A program made the position numbers and the translations under genes. Positions 1 to 9,562 of a stretch of 64,000 nucleotides of DNA are shown here, one piece after another. Position 1 is the stretch's first letter; the number at the start of each line of letters is the position of its first letter. The DNA is from a virus. The stretch lies in the IMG/VR virus record IMGVR_UViG_3300035698_011322, positions 10,658 through 74,657 of that record; one strand, written 5' to 3'. Under the pieces are notes generated by a model, which saw only the letters and a list, made by a program, of their open reading frames with translations, was not told the DNA's origin and did no database searches.

Positions 1-223
1 CATCACTAGTCCATGGCAGTTCAGACCAGAATGTTGCGCCCATCTCAGCAACCTTAGTCCAAACATCTTCTGACTTCTTTTTAGTAATCCATTTTTTCCA
101 ACCATCTTTTATGTTTGGATCGATTTTATCACTCATACCTTGTAGAAAGTCAACCAGCACACCATCAAGATCACAATAAATTTTATATTCAATTTCTTCT
201 TTTATGTAGTTAGACAGTCTCAT
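1..223 (-). CDS. 5'(3')-deoxyribonucleotidase-like HAD phosphatase (partial, runs off window start)
   Basis: Own translation MRLSNYIKEEIEYKIYCDLDGVLVDF; HAD motif I DxDGV; ATGA overlap with upstream gene. Confidence 0.75.
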   Translation of the reverse strand, partial: MRLSNYIKEEIEYKIYCDLDGVLVDFLQGMSDKIDPNIKDGWKKWITKKKSEDVWTKVAEMGATFWSELPWTSD

Positions 224-546
224 TTGAGTTTCCTTTTGATGGATCGTAGTCCTAGCTCCATCTTCTTTCTAGCGGATGGATTCGCTGTATGGATTTTTAT
301 TTTGGGGCATTTGAATTCTTTGTTCGTGAATACTTGTTTCTCTATCCATAACAATACATCATTTCCAGTTCCGATTTTACGATCATCACCTAAATCATGG
401 TCAAGACTTATCTCGATAACATCGCCTTTTTTCAATAAATCTATAGCTTGAGTCGGTGTCTTAACACCAATCCACCCACTAGGTGATGTTCTTTCATCAT
501 CCAGATATACCTTTATACCTTCATTTATATAATGAGTTAGTCTCAT
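220..546 (-). CDS. cyclic-phosphate-processing receiver-like domain protein
   Basis: VYLDDER...ISLDHDLG...GNDVLLWI...IHTANP pattern; likely start MRLTHYINEG at 546. Confidence 0.65.
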   Translation of the reverse strand: MRLTHYINEGIKVYLDDERTSPSGWIGVKTPTQAIDLLKKGDVIEISLDHDLGDDRKIGTGNDVLLWIEKQVFTNKEFKCPKIKIHTANPSARKKMELGLRSIKRKLK

Positions 547-654
547 TTGAATATTCCTCTTATACGATACCCACCTATATTTCGATCCCATTCAAATGCA
601 ACATCTCCAGCAAACACAGAACCACTTACCAAAAATATTAAAGCAACAACTGTA

Positions 655-1155
655 CTAAACAGTTTTAATTTCATCAAAGCCCTCTTCTTTAGTTGGTGGT
701 TGATACTTAGCCTTCATTGATTTTATAACATCATCTGGTATAACCTTGCCAGTGTCTTTTCCACGTTTGTCTAATCTCTTCTTTAACTCAGATCCACCAA
801 CTTTGAATATGATAGCTATTTTCTTATAGTCCTCTGAGGCACTCTTCATAAAATAACTTCTTTGTTTTACAGTCATATTAGTATTATCAACTATTATATT
901 TCTTCCTTTACTTAGGGCCTTGTCAAACTCTTTTCTAGTATTACCTAGAGTATTATCTCTACCCGCTTTAACAAATGCCTCTGAATATGTTATTTTATTC
1001 TTCTTCGCAATCTTCTCAACATATAAATCATTAGACACAATATTATATTTTCCCTTGAGCTTCGAGATATATGTGGACTTACCGGATGCTGGAAGGCCAA
1101 TCAGTAGTATTATTTCCTTCTGTGCCTCTTCGTTTATATAGTTGCTTAGTCTCAT
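655..1155 (-). CDS. P-loop kinase (AAA_33 / polynucleotide kinase-like)
   Basis: GLPASGKST Walker A, IIVDNTN, R..R lid, P..EEGFD C-terminus. Confidence 0.8.
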   Translation of the reverse strand: MRLSNYINEEAQKEIILLIGLPASGKSTYISKLKGKYNIVSNDLYVEKIAKKNKITYSEAFVKAGRDNTLGNTRKEFDKALSKGRNIIVDNTNMTVKQRSYFMKSASEDYKKIAIIFKVGGSELKKRLDKRGKDTGKVIPDDVIKSMKAKYQPPTKEEGFDEIKTV

Positions 1156-1808
1156 AATAATACGTCCTCTACGAACTTATTATACCTTTCTCGCATTGTT
1201 AGTCCGCCTTTTGGATGGTACATTTGATCCAAAAACGATCCTTGAATGATTATATACTTCTTACAATTTAGAACAATCTCGCCCATTGTATTTAAAGCAT
1301 TACATAAATCCTTATCAGTATACATCCTAGAAACCTTTTCTGACCATTTTTTTCTATAGTGAAGCTCTTCTTTTGAATTCTTTATTCCAGCTGGTTTATA
1401 ATTAGTGCTCTGCCATATAAAAAAATCTTCAATTCTTGATGACCATACATAATTGAAGTCACCTATAGGAAAAACTAAACCAGCACCAGTTCCATATCCA
1501 CTACCCAATATTTTAGGTGGGAAAGTAAACAGACCCCCGCTTCTTGGTTTCCATTTAAATTTCTTAAAGAACTCTATATCAACGGCTGCCTGTATTTCCC
1601 TTGGAGTATCAACCGGTACTCTGTTAGATCTGGTGCTCTTTATCTCTACCAAGTCTTTTGCTACATATCCTCTTCTTACATATTTGTTATTACAACTCTT
1701 TACAGCATTAAGCCATGGTTTGCAATTAGCTTTTGTATACTTGATAAAGAAATCGTACTTGATCTGTGGTTTTTTATTAGCTTCGTTCAAATATGAGTTG
1801 AGTTTCAT
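1152..1808 (-). CDS. hypothetical protein with capsid-targeting-like N-terminus
   Basis: 218-aa ORF in tight operon; starts MKLNSYLNEA. Confidence 0.6.
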   Translation of the reverse strand: MKLNSYLNEANKKPQIKYDFFIKYTKANCKPWLNAVKSCNNKYVRRGYVAKDLVEIKSTRSNRVPVDTPREIQAAVDIEFFKKFKWKPRSGGLFTFPPKILGSGYGTGAGLVFPIGDFNYVWSSRIEDFFIWQSTNYKPAGIKNSKEELHYRKKWSEKVSRMYTDKDLCNALNTMGEIVLNCKKYIIIQGSFLDQMYHPKGGLTMRERYNKFVEDVLL

Positions 1809-2624
1809 TTATTTGATTCCTTGAATTTGCTTTGATAGTCTACCCATAGTTCTCTTCATGGTTTTAGTCAAAAGCTTTTCTCTAATCATTCTCTTTATGA
1901 AGAAAGGGAAGAAATTATCCATGTGTCTAACCCACTTTCGAACATCTGGAATCTCTTTCATAAACTCATCCCATGTTAGTTTATTATACTCTTTATCACC
2001 AAGTTGCTTTCTAACTTCATCAACAGCATGTATTATTGCTTGTATTTCTGCTGTCATATGGAAACCCAATCCTTCTTTTTCTTGTCTTATATCATCTCGC
2101 TTAGGTTCAGAGAAATACATATTATGCTTTACATCATCAATCCAATGTGTCAATTCATGTCTTATGTTGGATTTTATATTAATCTCTGTTGATACACCAA
2201 AGAAAAAGTCAAATACATTCTTTTTATCAATATCCTCTAACTCTCCAGGTTTTACAAAATGATCAAATAAAGATATTGTTGGGCCAATGAATATAACATT
2301 TTTATCAGGATAGTAAAAACCCCCATGTGATGTAAAACCAACAAATATATTTACAGGCTTTTCTTTATTTATTTCTTTAATAATAGGCGATTTCAATGAA
2401 CTAGATTTGATTCTTTTGAAAACCCATATCTCATCACCACCAACCTTGACTTTCTTTCCGGCCTTTCGGACATCACTTAAAACTTTTTTGAGTGTTTTTA
2501 TATCACGTTTCTTAACACTATTGTTTATTTGTTTGACAAACTTATCTATAGGCTTGTAGATCAAGTCTATATCACTCTTATCAACATCAATAATACTATT
2601 TTTTATATATTTGTCAAATCTCAT
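1809..2624 (-). CDS. HEXXH metallopeptidase-like protein
   Basis: IRHELTHWID plus downstream E (AEIQA). Confidence 0.55.
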   Translation of the reverse strand: MRFDKYIKNSIIDVDKSDIDLIYKPIDKFVKQINNSVKKRDIKTLKKVLSDVRKAGKKVKVGGDEIWVFKRIKSSSLKSPIIKEINKEKPVNIFVGFTSHGGFYYPDKNVIFIGPTISLFDHFVKPGELEDIDKKNVFDFFFGVSTEINIKSNIRHELTHWIDDVKHNMYFSEPKRDDIRQEKEGLGFHMTAEIQAIIHAVDEVRKQLGDKEYNKLTWDEFMKEIPDVRKWVRHMDNFFPFFIKRMIREKLLTKTMKRTMGRLSKQIQGIK

Positions 2625-3307
2625 TAGAGTATTTTATCCAGCTTCATCGATTTCAGTTTGGATTTATATGATTCGAGTCTCTTCAAAAACTTCTTGTATT
2701 CTTTACCCTCACCCGAAAAAACCATTTTAAACCATTTATATATACCACCATGTTTACCATACTTCAGAAATTCTATTGCGGCTTGAAATGCAAAGGAATC
2801 AATCTCCACATCTGATCCAACATATTTCCAAGTATCTTCGGCTTCTAATTCCGATGGATCAATAAAAACAGCTTTAAGATCCGATACACTTATTTGAGTC
2901 AAGTGCTTAAATTCATGCGATAAAATATTCAAAAGATCTGAGAAGAATTGGTTCTTTCTTATATCCAAGAACATCTTATCTTTACCAGGTTTTGCAAATC
3001 TCTTAAAGAACTCTGAAAGACCTGTTTGTAAATGAACTGTTATTGATAGTTCTCCACCACCTATTTCCACTTCGGCACCTGACATATATCTATATATTTT
3101 ATGCTTCACTCTACCAATGTCAAATATAATAGGTAGATCTTTGTCCTTAAATAATATGTTTAGGATTTCTGTAATCTCTTTATCACTTGTTATCCATTTA
3201 TTGCTTTTCAGAAACTTATATAAGAGTTTAATTTTGGGTTTTATTATATACGCAACAAGTTTAATTTCTTCGGCTGTTGCTTCAACCATATATTGTTTTA
3301 ATCTCAT
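2624..3307 (-). CDS. HEXXH metallopeptidase-like protein
   Basis: LSHEFKHLTQ plus Y....EIDSFA. Confidence 0.55.
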   Translation of the reverse strand: MRLKQYMVEATAEEIKLVAYIIKPKIKLLYKFLKSNKWITSDKEITEILNILFKDKDLPIIFDIGRVKHKIYRYMSGAEVEIGGGELSITVHLQTGLSEFFKRFAKPGKDKMFLDIRKNQFFSDLLNILSHEFKHLTQISVSDLKAVFIDPSELEAEDTWKYVGSDVEIDSFAFQAAIEFLKYGKHGGIYKWFKMVFSGEGKEYKKFLKRLESYKSKLKSMKLDKIL

Positions 3308-4263
3308 TTATGCCATTCCCATGCTGTTTTTATAATTGTGTTTATGTCACTCTGTTTCGGCTCCCAGCCAAGCTCGTTTTTTAACTTCGATGGATCGGCA
3401 ATCAAAGTGTCAGGCTCGTTTTTTCTTCTACCAACCTCTATTATATTTATTCTTTTGCCTGAGATTTCTCTGACCTTATCGATTATTTCTCTTACAGAAT
3501 ATCCTCTATTATTTCCTATGTTATATACTGTGTATCCACTCTTCAAGGCATCAATTGCCAAAATATGAGCATTAGCAATATCATTAACATGGATGTAATC
3601 CCTTACCCCTGTTCCATCTGGTGTATCATAATCTGTTCCATATATTTTGAATTCTTTTGATATCATTAATAACGGTATAATATGTGTTTCGGGGGCATGT
3701 AACTCACCAATATTTCCACCAGATCCCGCCGCATTAAAATATCTCAAAATAACCGAATTCATGCCATCACAGTCTTTAAGAACATTTTCTATTATAAGCT
3801 TTGTCTTACCATAAACATTCTCTGGATTACAAGCTGTTTCTTCTTTTATAGGAATTTCTTTTGGATTACCATATACAGAGGCTGATGATGAGAAAATAAA
3901 ATTCTTGACCTTATTCTCCATCATAACATATAACAGATTAATTGTATTCGACACATTATTCTTGTAGTATTTTAAACTACTTGTATCAGATTCACTTACA
4001 ATCGAAAATGCCGCAAAATGCATAACAATATCAATACTATACTGTTTAAATAATCTTCTTAATAATCCAACATCACCGAAATCACCTATTATAGTTCTTG
4101 TGTCTTGTAGAAGATGATCACTACCTGTTGAAAAGTTATCTAATACAGTAACATCATAATCCTTTGTCTCCAATAACATCTTTACAACATGTGATCCAAT
4201 ATAACCAGCACCACCTATTACCAATATATTTTTATACTTCACCCTTTGCCCTTCTCTCTTCAT
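3304..4263 (-). CDS. galE: UDP-glucose 4-epimerase
   Basis: GGAGYIGSH, FSSSASVYG, YGKTK, LRYFNAAG, DGTGVRDYIHV. Confidence 0.93.
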   Translation of the reverse strand: MKREGQRVKYKNILVIGGAGYIGSHVVKMLLETKDYDVTVLDNFSTGSDHLLQDTRTIIGDFGDVGLLRRLFKQYSIDIVMHFAAFSIVSESDTSSLKYYKNNVSNTINLLYVMMENKVKNFIFSSSASVYGNPKEIPIKEETACNPENVYGKTKLIIENVLKDCDGMNSVILRYFNAAGSGGNIGELHAPETHIIPLLMISKEFKIYGTDYDTPDGTGVRDYIHVNDIANAHILAIDALKSGYTVYNIGNNRGYSVREIIDKVREISGKRINIIEVGRRKNEPDTLIADPSKLKNELGWEPKQSDINTIIKTAWEWHK

Positions 4264-4361
4264 AATTTACCCATTTAACATATAAATGACCACATTTATG
4301 GCATATGCCTTGACCACTTTTTTGTTTCCATTGGTGCTCACATTTCTGACACTTGAATGTA

Positions 4362-5069
4362 TTATACTGCATACCACGCATCGACTCCTTTATTAATTTT
4401 CTCAAGTGACAGAATAGTTGGAGATAGATACTTTTCTCCAGTTTCTATGAGTGTCTTCTTATGATCAATTCCAACTGGATTTTGTATTGGAGAGTTATAG
4501 AATCCAGCCATGAATTTATATGCGTTGACAATTACTTCATTTGTGAGCATGCCCTCATTATTATCTATCTCCATCCATGTTGAAAACTTCCCTCTATAGA
4601 AGTTCTTAGCAGCGTTGACATTCTTATGTATTTGTCTAATAAAATCAACATCGACTTGTCGCTCTCTCTTTGAGGCTCGCTCGATTGCTGTTTCCAATGA
4701 TGTGTTGATAAATATTATTGCAACATCATAGCCAAAGTATTCAAGTATTCCAACTCGCTTTAAAACTGCTGATGTTTTATTGGCAGTACCATCAACAGCT
4801 AATGGTAACATAGAATTTATATATAAGGTAAGTTGGTTCTTGTTTATTGTTTTAACTTTTAAACTTATCTTACCCCAATCCGTATTCCACCATTTCTTGA
4901 AAAGTGGAAATGATTTATCGGTGTTGACTATACGAGGTTCAATAGATCCAGATTTTACTTTTGATAATGTATATGATTTACCTGATCCACTACTACCACA
5001 CATAAAACAAGCTTTAAAAATTCCGCGATCCATAATCCCTTCAGTTATATAGTCTTCTAGTCTACTCAT
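4362..5069 (-). CDS. zeta-toxin-like P-loop kinase
   Basis: FKACFMCGSSGSGKS, VDGT, INTSLETAIERASKRER. Confidence 0.7.
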   Translation of the reverse strand: MSRLEDYITEGIMDRGIFKACFMCGSSGSGKSYTLSKVKSGSIEPRIVNTDKSFPLFKKWWNTDWGKISLKVKTINKNQLTLYINSMLPLAVDGTANKTSAVLKRVGILEYFGYDVAIIFINTSLETAIERASKRERQVDVDFIRQIHKNVNAAKNFYRGKFSTWMEIDNNEGMLTNEVIVNAYKFMAGFYNSPIQNPVGIDHKKTLIETGEKYLSPTILSLEKINKGVDAWYAV

Positions 5070-5389
5070 TTAATAACTCCGAATAATTGTTTTTTGTATG
5101 GGTGTTTTTTAGTATCTGTTTTGATTTCTTTTTTCGACTTCCCAGATCCTCTCCAATACGTGCTATTATATGATTGATCTTTAATTGAAGCACAGAACCC
5201 TTTGGCTTTCTGTGTATCGAAGCCTTCTTTACTACTCATTCTTAAGACACAGGCATCAAAGAAACCATGCTCAGTAGGATCTTTACCAATTGTCTTGGCA
5301 AACTTTGCTATGGAGTTCTCTGTCCATCCCTTAGAGGCAATTGGAGCCTCGTCTAATTCATCCACCATTAGCTTTTCAAAGAATTTCAT
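5066..5389 (-). CDS. hypothetical protein
   Basis: 107-aa ORF overlapping its neighbours in the operon. Confidence 0.6.
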   Translation of the reverse strand: MKFFEKLMVDELDEAPIASKGWTENSIAKFAKTIGKDPTEHGFFDACVLRMSSKEGFDTQKAKGFCASIKDQSYNSTYWRGSGKSKKEIKTDTKKHPYKKQLFGVIK

Positions 5390-5759
5390 TTATCTTTTTC
5401 TTATCCTCCTCTTCATCATCTTCTTCTGGTGGATCTTCTTCTGGTGGATCTTCTTCTGGTGGATCTTCTTCTGGTGGATCTTCTTCTGGTGGATCTTCTT
5501 CACCATCTTCTGGAAATGGCCCAACGGCCTCTATTTCCTTTTCAACATTATTCCACTTTTCGAGTTTATCTTCCAGATCAGATAATATAGCCTCTTCTGC
5601 ATCATCATTTGGATCACCAACCTTCGAAATGGCATTTTCTATAGATTTCTTATTCTGGCTGATCACTCTCTCAGAATACTTTTCACCAATCTCCGGCTCA
5701 TCAATATCAAGAGCTGATTGCACAGAATCCTCTTCTCTTATATATCTATTAAATCTCAT
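5376..5759 (-). CDS. acidic protein with EEDPP repeats (internal head/scaffold-like)
   Basis: MRFNRYIREE start, SD GGAG, five EEDPP repeats. Confidence 0.6.
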   Translation of the reverse strand: MRFNRYIREEDSVQSALDIDEPEIGEKYSERVISQNKKSIENAISKVGDPNDDAEEAILSDLEDKLEKWNNVEKEIEAVGPFPEDGEEDPPEEDPPEEDPPEEDPPEEDPPEEDDEEEDKKKINEIL

Positions 5760-5775
5760 AACTCACTCCTTCCCC

Positions 5776-6324
5776 TTATAGTGCCAGAATCAATAACAAT
5801 ATACTACCAATTGTTATTAAATACATTCCACCTCTATTTATCATATTATCTGTTTTATGTTCATATTTTTCATCTCGATACATATTTTCTGAATTGATCC
5901 ATAGCTCTCTATATGATATAACCTTCTCACGTTCTAGCATACTTAATTCTTTTAGAGCATTTATTTCATCTATATATGTATTTGTTATTGATTCATTAAC
6001 CAATAATATTTCTTTATATGTCTTCGCTAACTTAACCACAGCACCAACCTTAGCATATTCTTTAGGTGCTAGTAAGATATGAGTACCTTCTTCTATACTA
6101 CCAACAACTTCATAACTCAATTCACCTGTTTTCTTTATATATATGGGGAAAAGTTTATCTGGTTTTGGTAGATTATCTAAATCACTCTTTATATCATAAG
6201 AAGGTGTTTCATTAATTTGTAAATCTGGTGGTTTATATGGTGTAAATGACTTAGGGGCACAAGAAACAAACAAGAAAAGGAAGAGTATACACAATACTAT
6301 TCTTGATCTCATATATCTTCCCAA
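5776..6324 (-). CDS. lipoprotein with C-terminal TM helix (spanin-like)
   Basis: Lipobox LFVS-C after hydrophobic stretch; C-terminal GGMYLITIGSILLLILAL. Confidence 0.6.
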   Translation of the reverse strand: MGRYMRSRIVLCILFLFLFVSCAPKSFTPYKPPDLQINETPSYDIKSDLDNLPKPDKLFPIYIKKTGELSYEVVGSIEEGTHILLAPKEYAKVGAVVKLAKTYKEILLVNESITNTYIDEINALKELSMLEREKVISYRELWINSENMYRDEKYEHKTDNMINRGGMYLITIGSILLLILAL

Positions 6325-6656
6325 TCATCATTCATTTGTTTCTCTATTTCAGCAAGCTTATCTTCTTTTAAAACTACTTGTATGTCTCTTGAAGCCTCTT
6401 GAAGTATAACTTTTATCTTTCCTTTTGTTTCCTCTGAGGAAATTTCAGCAACTTCTATCTGTTTCATTATTATATCTTGCTCTTTGGTTTTAGCTGCAAT
6501 TTCTCCCTGTTTAGTTTTATTTAAAAACTTATTCTTAAACGCATCTATAATTTTTTCTTTCTTGTTTCTACCAAAGAACTTTGTTAATATTAAAGTTACT
6601 AAAGCAATTAAACACGCACCACCACCACCTATGAACAGAATACTTGATATATCCAT
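6309..6656 (-). CDS. N-terminal TM + coiled-coil protein (i-spanin-like)
   Basis: Single N-terminal hydrophobic helix, charged helical remainder, overlaps the lipoprotein gene. Confidence 0.5.
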   Translation of the reverse strand: MDISSILFIGGGGACLIALVTLILTKFFGRNKKEKIIDAFKNKFLNKTKQGEIAAKTKEQDIIMKQIEVAEISSEETKGKIKVILQEASRDIQVVLKEDKLAEIEKQMNDDWEDI

Positions 6657-6673
6657 TTTATTTCACACTCCTC

Positions 6674-7036
6674 TTATACATTTACATTTTCAATTTTTTT
6701 TGCTTTTTTATCATCTGATGCTTCGTTAATTTCTTTTAGTTTACGAACTTTATAAACCTCACGAACGGCTATAATCGAACCAGTTAAAGTAATATTAAAC
6801 GTACACCATGCTATAAAGGTATCTGTCAGAACCTTTATTTGACCCAATAATGCAGCAATTAATTCTGGTTTGACAGCCATCAAGCTTATTGCGATTTCCA
6901 TAAACCCAAATTGTGACATACAGATATATATAAAAATACCCGTTGACGCCAGAAATGGTAAAAGAAAAAACCAAACCTTTACTGATGCCAAATTTTGAAG
7001 AACCTTTTTACTAAACAATCTAAACATTTCTTTCAT
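6674..7036 (-). CDS. holin-like membrane protein
   Basis: 2-3 hydrophobic segments, charged C-terminus, first gene after a late promoter. Confidence 0.5.
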   Translation of the reverse strand: MKEMFRLFSKKVLQNLASVKVWFFLLPFLASTGIFIYICMSQFGFMEIAISLMAVKPELIAALLGQIKVLTDTFIAWCTFNITLTGSIIAVREVYKVRKLKEINEASDDKKAKKIENVNV

Positions 7037-7066
7037 TATCTTACCTCCACTATATATTTCTGATAC

Positions 7067-7074
7067 TATTTATA
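7067..7074 (-). promoter_or_regulatory. T4-type late promoter TATAAATA
   Basis: Exact match on minus strand ~30 nt upstream of the holin-like gene. Confidence 0.7.
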
Positions 7075-7086
7075 TAGTTTGGGCAT

Positions 7087-7124
7087 AAAAAAGAGAAATA
7101 CAAATAAATCATATTTCTCTTTTG
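7087..7124 (-). terminator. intrinsic terminator after the Ubl operon
   Basis: AAAAGAGAAATA / TATTTCTCTTTT hairpin followed by a U-run on the minus strand. Confidence 0.6.
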
Positions 7125-7154
7125 TCCTGTAGTGGTACATCGCTTATATATTTC

Positions 7155-8039
7155 TTATATAAGATTAACTTCCGGGCCTTCAAAGTCAGTACTAATTTTC
7201 TCCATCTCCGACATCAAATCCATTTCCTCTTCTAATGTCTGTTCTTTAGAAAAATCAAGTTCTTCGATTTCAGCATCAATCTCTTCAACTTCAGCCTCTG
7301 TTAAAACAGTAGGCAAACCTGTTTTTAGATTTATATTACGAGGCACTTGTTTACCCATAAAAACACCTGGTTTAGACCATAATTCATTCTTAGCACGTGT
7401 ATCCCATGACCCACCAGGATAGTTACTATAAACAACATTTGTATCATATGTTTTTTTCTTAATTTTCTCTTTAGCGGCTTTAATAAAATCTTCTTTGTCC
7501 AAAATACATTCAGTTCTAATCTTCACAATACTCTCAATGATTTTATAAGCACCACATGGAGTTGCCCATCTTACATGACCATTTATACCATCTTTTGAAA
7601 TACAAAGTGATATGTTATGATTCTGATTAATATACTTATCATCTGTCTGTGAAAATGAATTACCCATTGTATGGTGTGAATGTATAACACCAACTACTGG
7701 CAATTCATTAAACTCTTTACACATAATATTATCAACACTTCCAGTGCTTATCTCTTGATCTGGAATAAAGATATCAGTTATTTCAATAGTTTCACCAAAA
7801 TCACCAAGAAGATAAGCCAACCACTCAATGTTTGAATATTCTTCCATAAGTGCTTCAATCTTTTCTTTTACCAATGGTTGAATCCACACAATAAGATTCT
7901 CAGGTGCCTTACCACAATCTGTTAAACACTCTACCTCGGTTTCCCAATAATCTGGTTCTTTATCAGAGGCAATAACATTGATTTTATTTTGTACATGCAT
8001 ATTATTTTTCCCTTTCTTCTTTCTATTCCTTCTTGACAT
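7155..8039 (-). CDS. JAB/MPN metallo-isopeptidase with acidic tail
   Basis: E (IEWLAYLLG) ... VIHSHH....FSQTD JAMM motif; start MSRRNRKK with SD AAGGA. Confidence 0.85.
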   Translation of the reverse strand: MSRRNRKKKGKNNMHVQNKINVIASDKEPDYWETEVECLTDCGKAPENLIVWIQPLVKEKIEALMEEYSNIEWLAYLLGDFGETIEITDIFIPDQEISTGSVDNIMCKEFNELPVVGVIHSHHTMGNSFSQTDDKYINQNHNISLCISKDGINGHVRWATPCGAYKIIESIVKIRTECILDKEDFIKAAKEKIKKKTYDTNVVYSNYPGGSWDTRAKNELWSKPGVFMGKQVPRNINLKTGLPTVLTEAEVEEIDAEIEELDFSKEQTLEEEMDLMSEMEKISTDFEGPEVNLI

Positions 8040-8049
8040 TTTTATTCCT

Positions 8050-8628
8050 TTATATATACAATTCAATAAGATTTGTGCTAATTTCTTTATCATAGTATTT
8101 CATTATTTTATTATCAGTAAGAGCGGCTATAATACTAGCAGGAACAACCCATGATGAAATTTCAGTATATCCATCTTCAGCTTCTCCCCACTCGGCCACT
8201 CTATTATTGATAGAAATATGTTCACCATTATACCCCGCCTTAACATATTTCGCACCAATGTTGTCAGCAATTCCTTGATTTGTCATTTGTGATTTTATAT
8301 TATCAGTACAATCGACAACCCAATCTGTTTTCTCAGATGTCAATTCAGAATACTTAAACGGAAAACTATGAATTGTACAATCGGGTCTAATGGACTCAAC
8401 CATCATTCTTACAACATCCGTTTTATTTTTCCCAATAAACTTTAAAGGAATATCTATTCTATTAAGATTATGAGCCTCAAATATATCTGGGTCCCATACA
8501 CATATATTGTCTATACCTGATAAAACAGCAAACTTTGATACCCAGAACCCAATTCCACCAACGCCACATACGCTTATACTTATATTCTGATTTAATTTTA
8601 AACTTTCTTGACGATCATAAAATGACAT
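8050..8628 (-). CDS. ThiF/E1-like adenylyltransferase
   Basis: YDRQ, GVGGIG, D.D....NLNR, VVDCTDN. Confidence 0.9.
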   Translation of the reverse strand: MSFYDRQESLKLNQNISISVCGVGGIGFWVSKFAVLSGIDNICVWDPDIFEAHNLNRIDIPLKFIGKNKTDVVRMMVESIRPDCTIHSFPFKYSELTSEKTDWVVDCTDNIKSQMTNQGIADNIGAKYVKAGYNGEHISINNRVAEWGEAEDGYTEISSWVVPASIIAALTDNKIMKYYDKEISTNLIELYI

Positions 8629-8646
8629 TATTTACTTCCTTTCTAT

Positions 8647-9495
8647 TTAAGAGCCCCATACATCCAAATCTTCCCTTCTTGTATCCGCAGATATACCTGA
8701 TCTTCTAATTTGTTGATTCAAATTACCAAGTGTATCATCTTCACCATCCTTCGCAATATGTTTTAAAACTGTTGTTTTTCTTGGCAAGCCCCTTGGTGAA
8801 CTTGTAGCAATGGATCTTGTATTAATATTTTCTAAAACAGCCTCCGCATCTCTTGCTACTTTAATTATATCATCAGGTGATTTAAAACTTTTAGGATATG
8901 ACCAACGACCCCAGCAATCTGGATTGGATTGATGATAATGATCAAAATAACCAAGCCCAATAGGTTGTCTCGTTGATACACTAATAATCGTATCTCCATG
9001 AGTTTTTATCATAAAAACAACAGGTGATATCATTTTCTTTGAAAACTTCTTCTCAAGTAATTTACCATCTAGAGTCTTTGGCCAATAAACACCCTGAACC
9101 AACCAAATTGTTTCATGACCCGATCCCTTTAGAACAGACAAACCTCTTTCTGCATGACAAAATGTTACATTAGGCATGACACTAGAATTCTCAAGGGTTC
9201 TCTTTAATTCTTTTTCTTTACGTGAGTACTCTCTTTTCACTTGATTAAAATATTCAATCATCTCTGAGATCTTAGCATTTATCTTATCTCTGATTATCTT
9301 TTGCTGAGTATTAATCTTCTCTCTCAACTCATTGCGTATTTCATCTTCAACGGTTATAGGATTGTCTTCAACTGATTTGAACACAACCAATTTACCACCT
9401 ATACGCAGAGACATACCATCAGTCTTTATTTTATCTATATCAATTTCATTTAAATCATTCAAAACTGATTTAAATTGATCCATTTTTTGATCCAT
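8647..9495 (-). CDS. coiled-coil + prokaryotic E2-like protein
   Basis: HYH....DCWG resembles the E2 HPx..C active-site segment; lies between the Ubl and E1 genes. Confidence 0.55.
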   Translation of the reverse strand: MDQKMDQFKSVLNDLNEIDIDKIKTDGMSLRIGGKLVVFKSVEDNPITVEDEIRNELREKINTQQKIIRDKINAKISEMIEYFNQVKREYSRKEKELKRTLENSSVMPNVTFCHAERGLSVLKGSGHETIWLVQGVYWPKTLDGKLLEKKFSKKMISPVVFMIKTHGDTIISVSTRQPIGLGYFDHYHQSNPDCWGRWSYPKSFKSPDDIIKVARDAEAVLENINTRSIATSSPRGLPRKTTVLKHIAKDGEDDTLGNLNQQIRRSGISADTRREDLDVWGS

Positions 9496-9562
9496 TATTA
9501 TATCCTTTTACATTTGATTTTCACTCCCTAGTGCTCTTAAATACTAGGGAGTGAAGGTGTAA

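Noticed and set aside
5202-5781. Plus-strand WWIFF / SSSGG repeat ORFs
   Set aside because: Antisense shadows of the EEDPP repeat.
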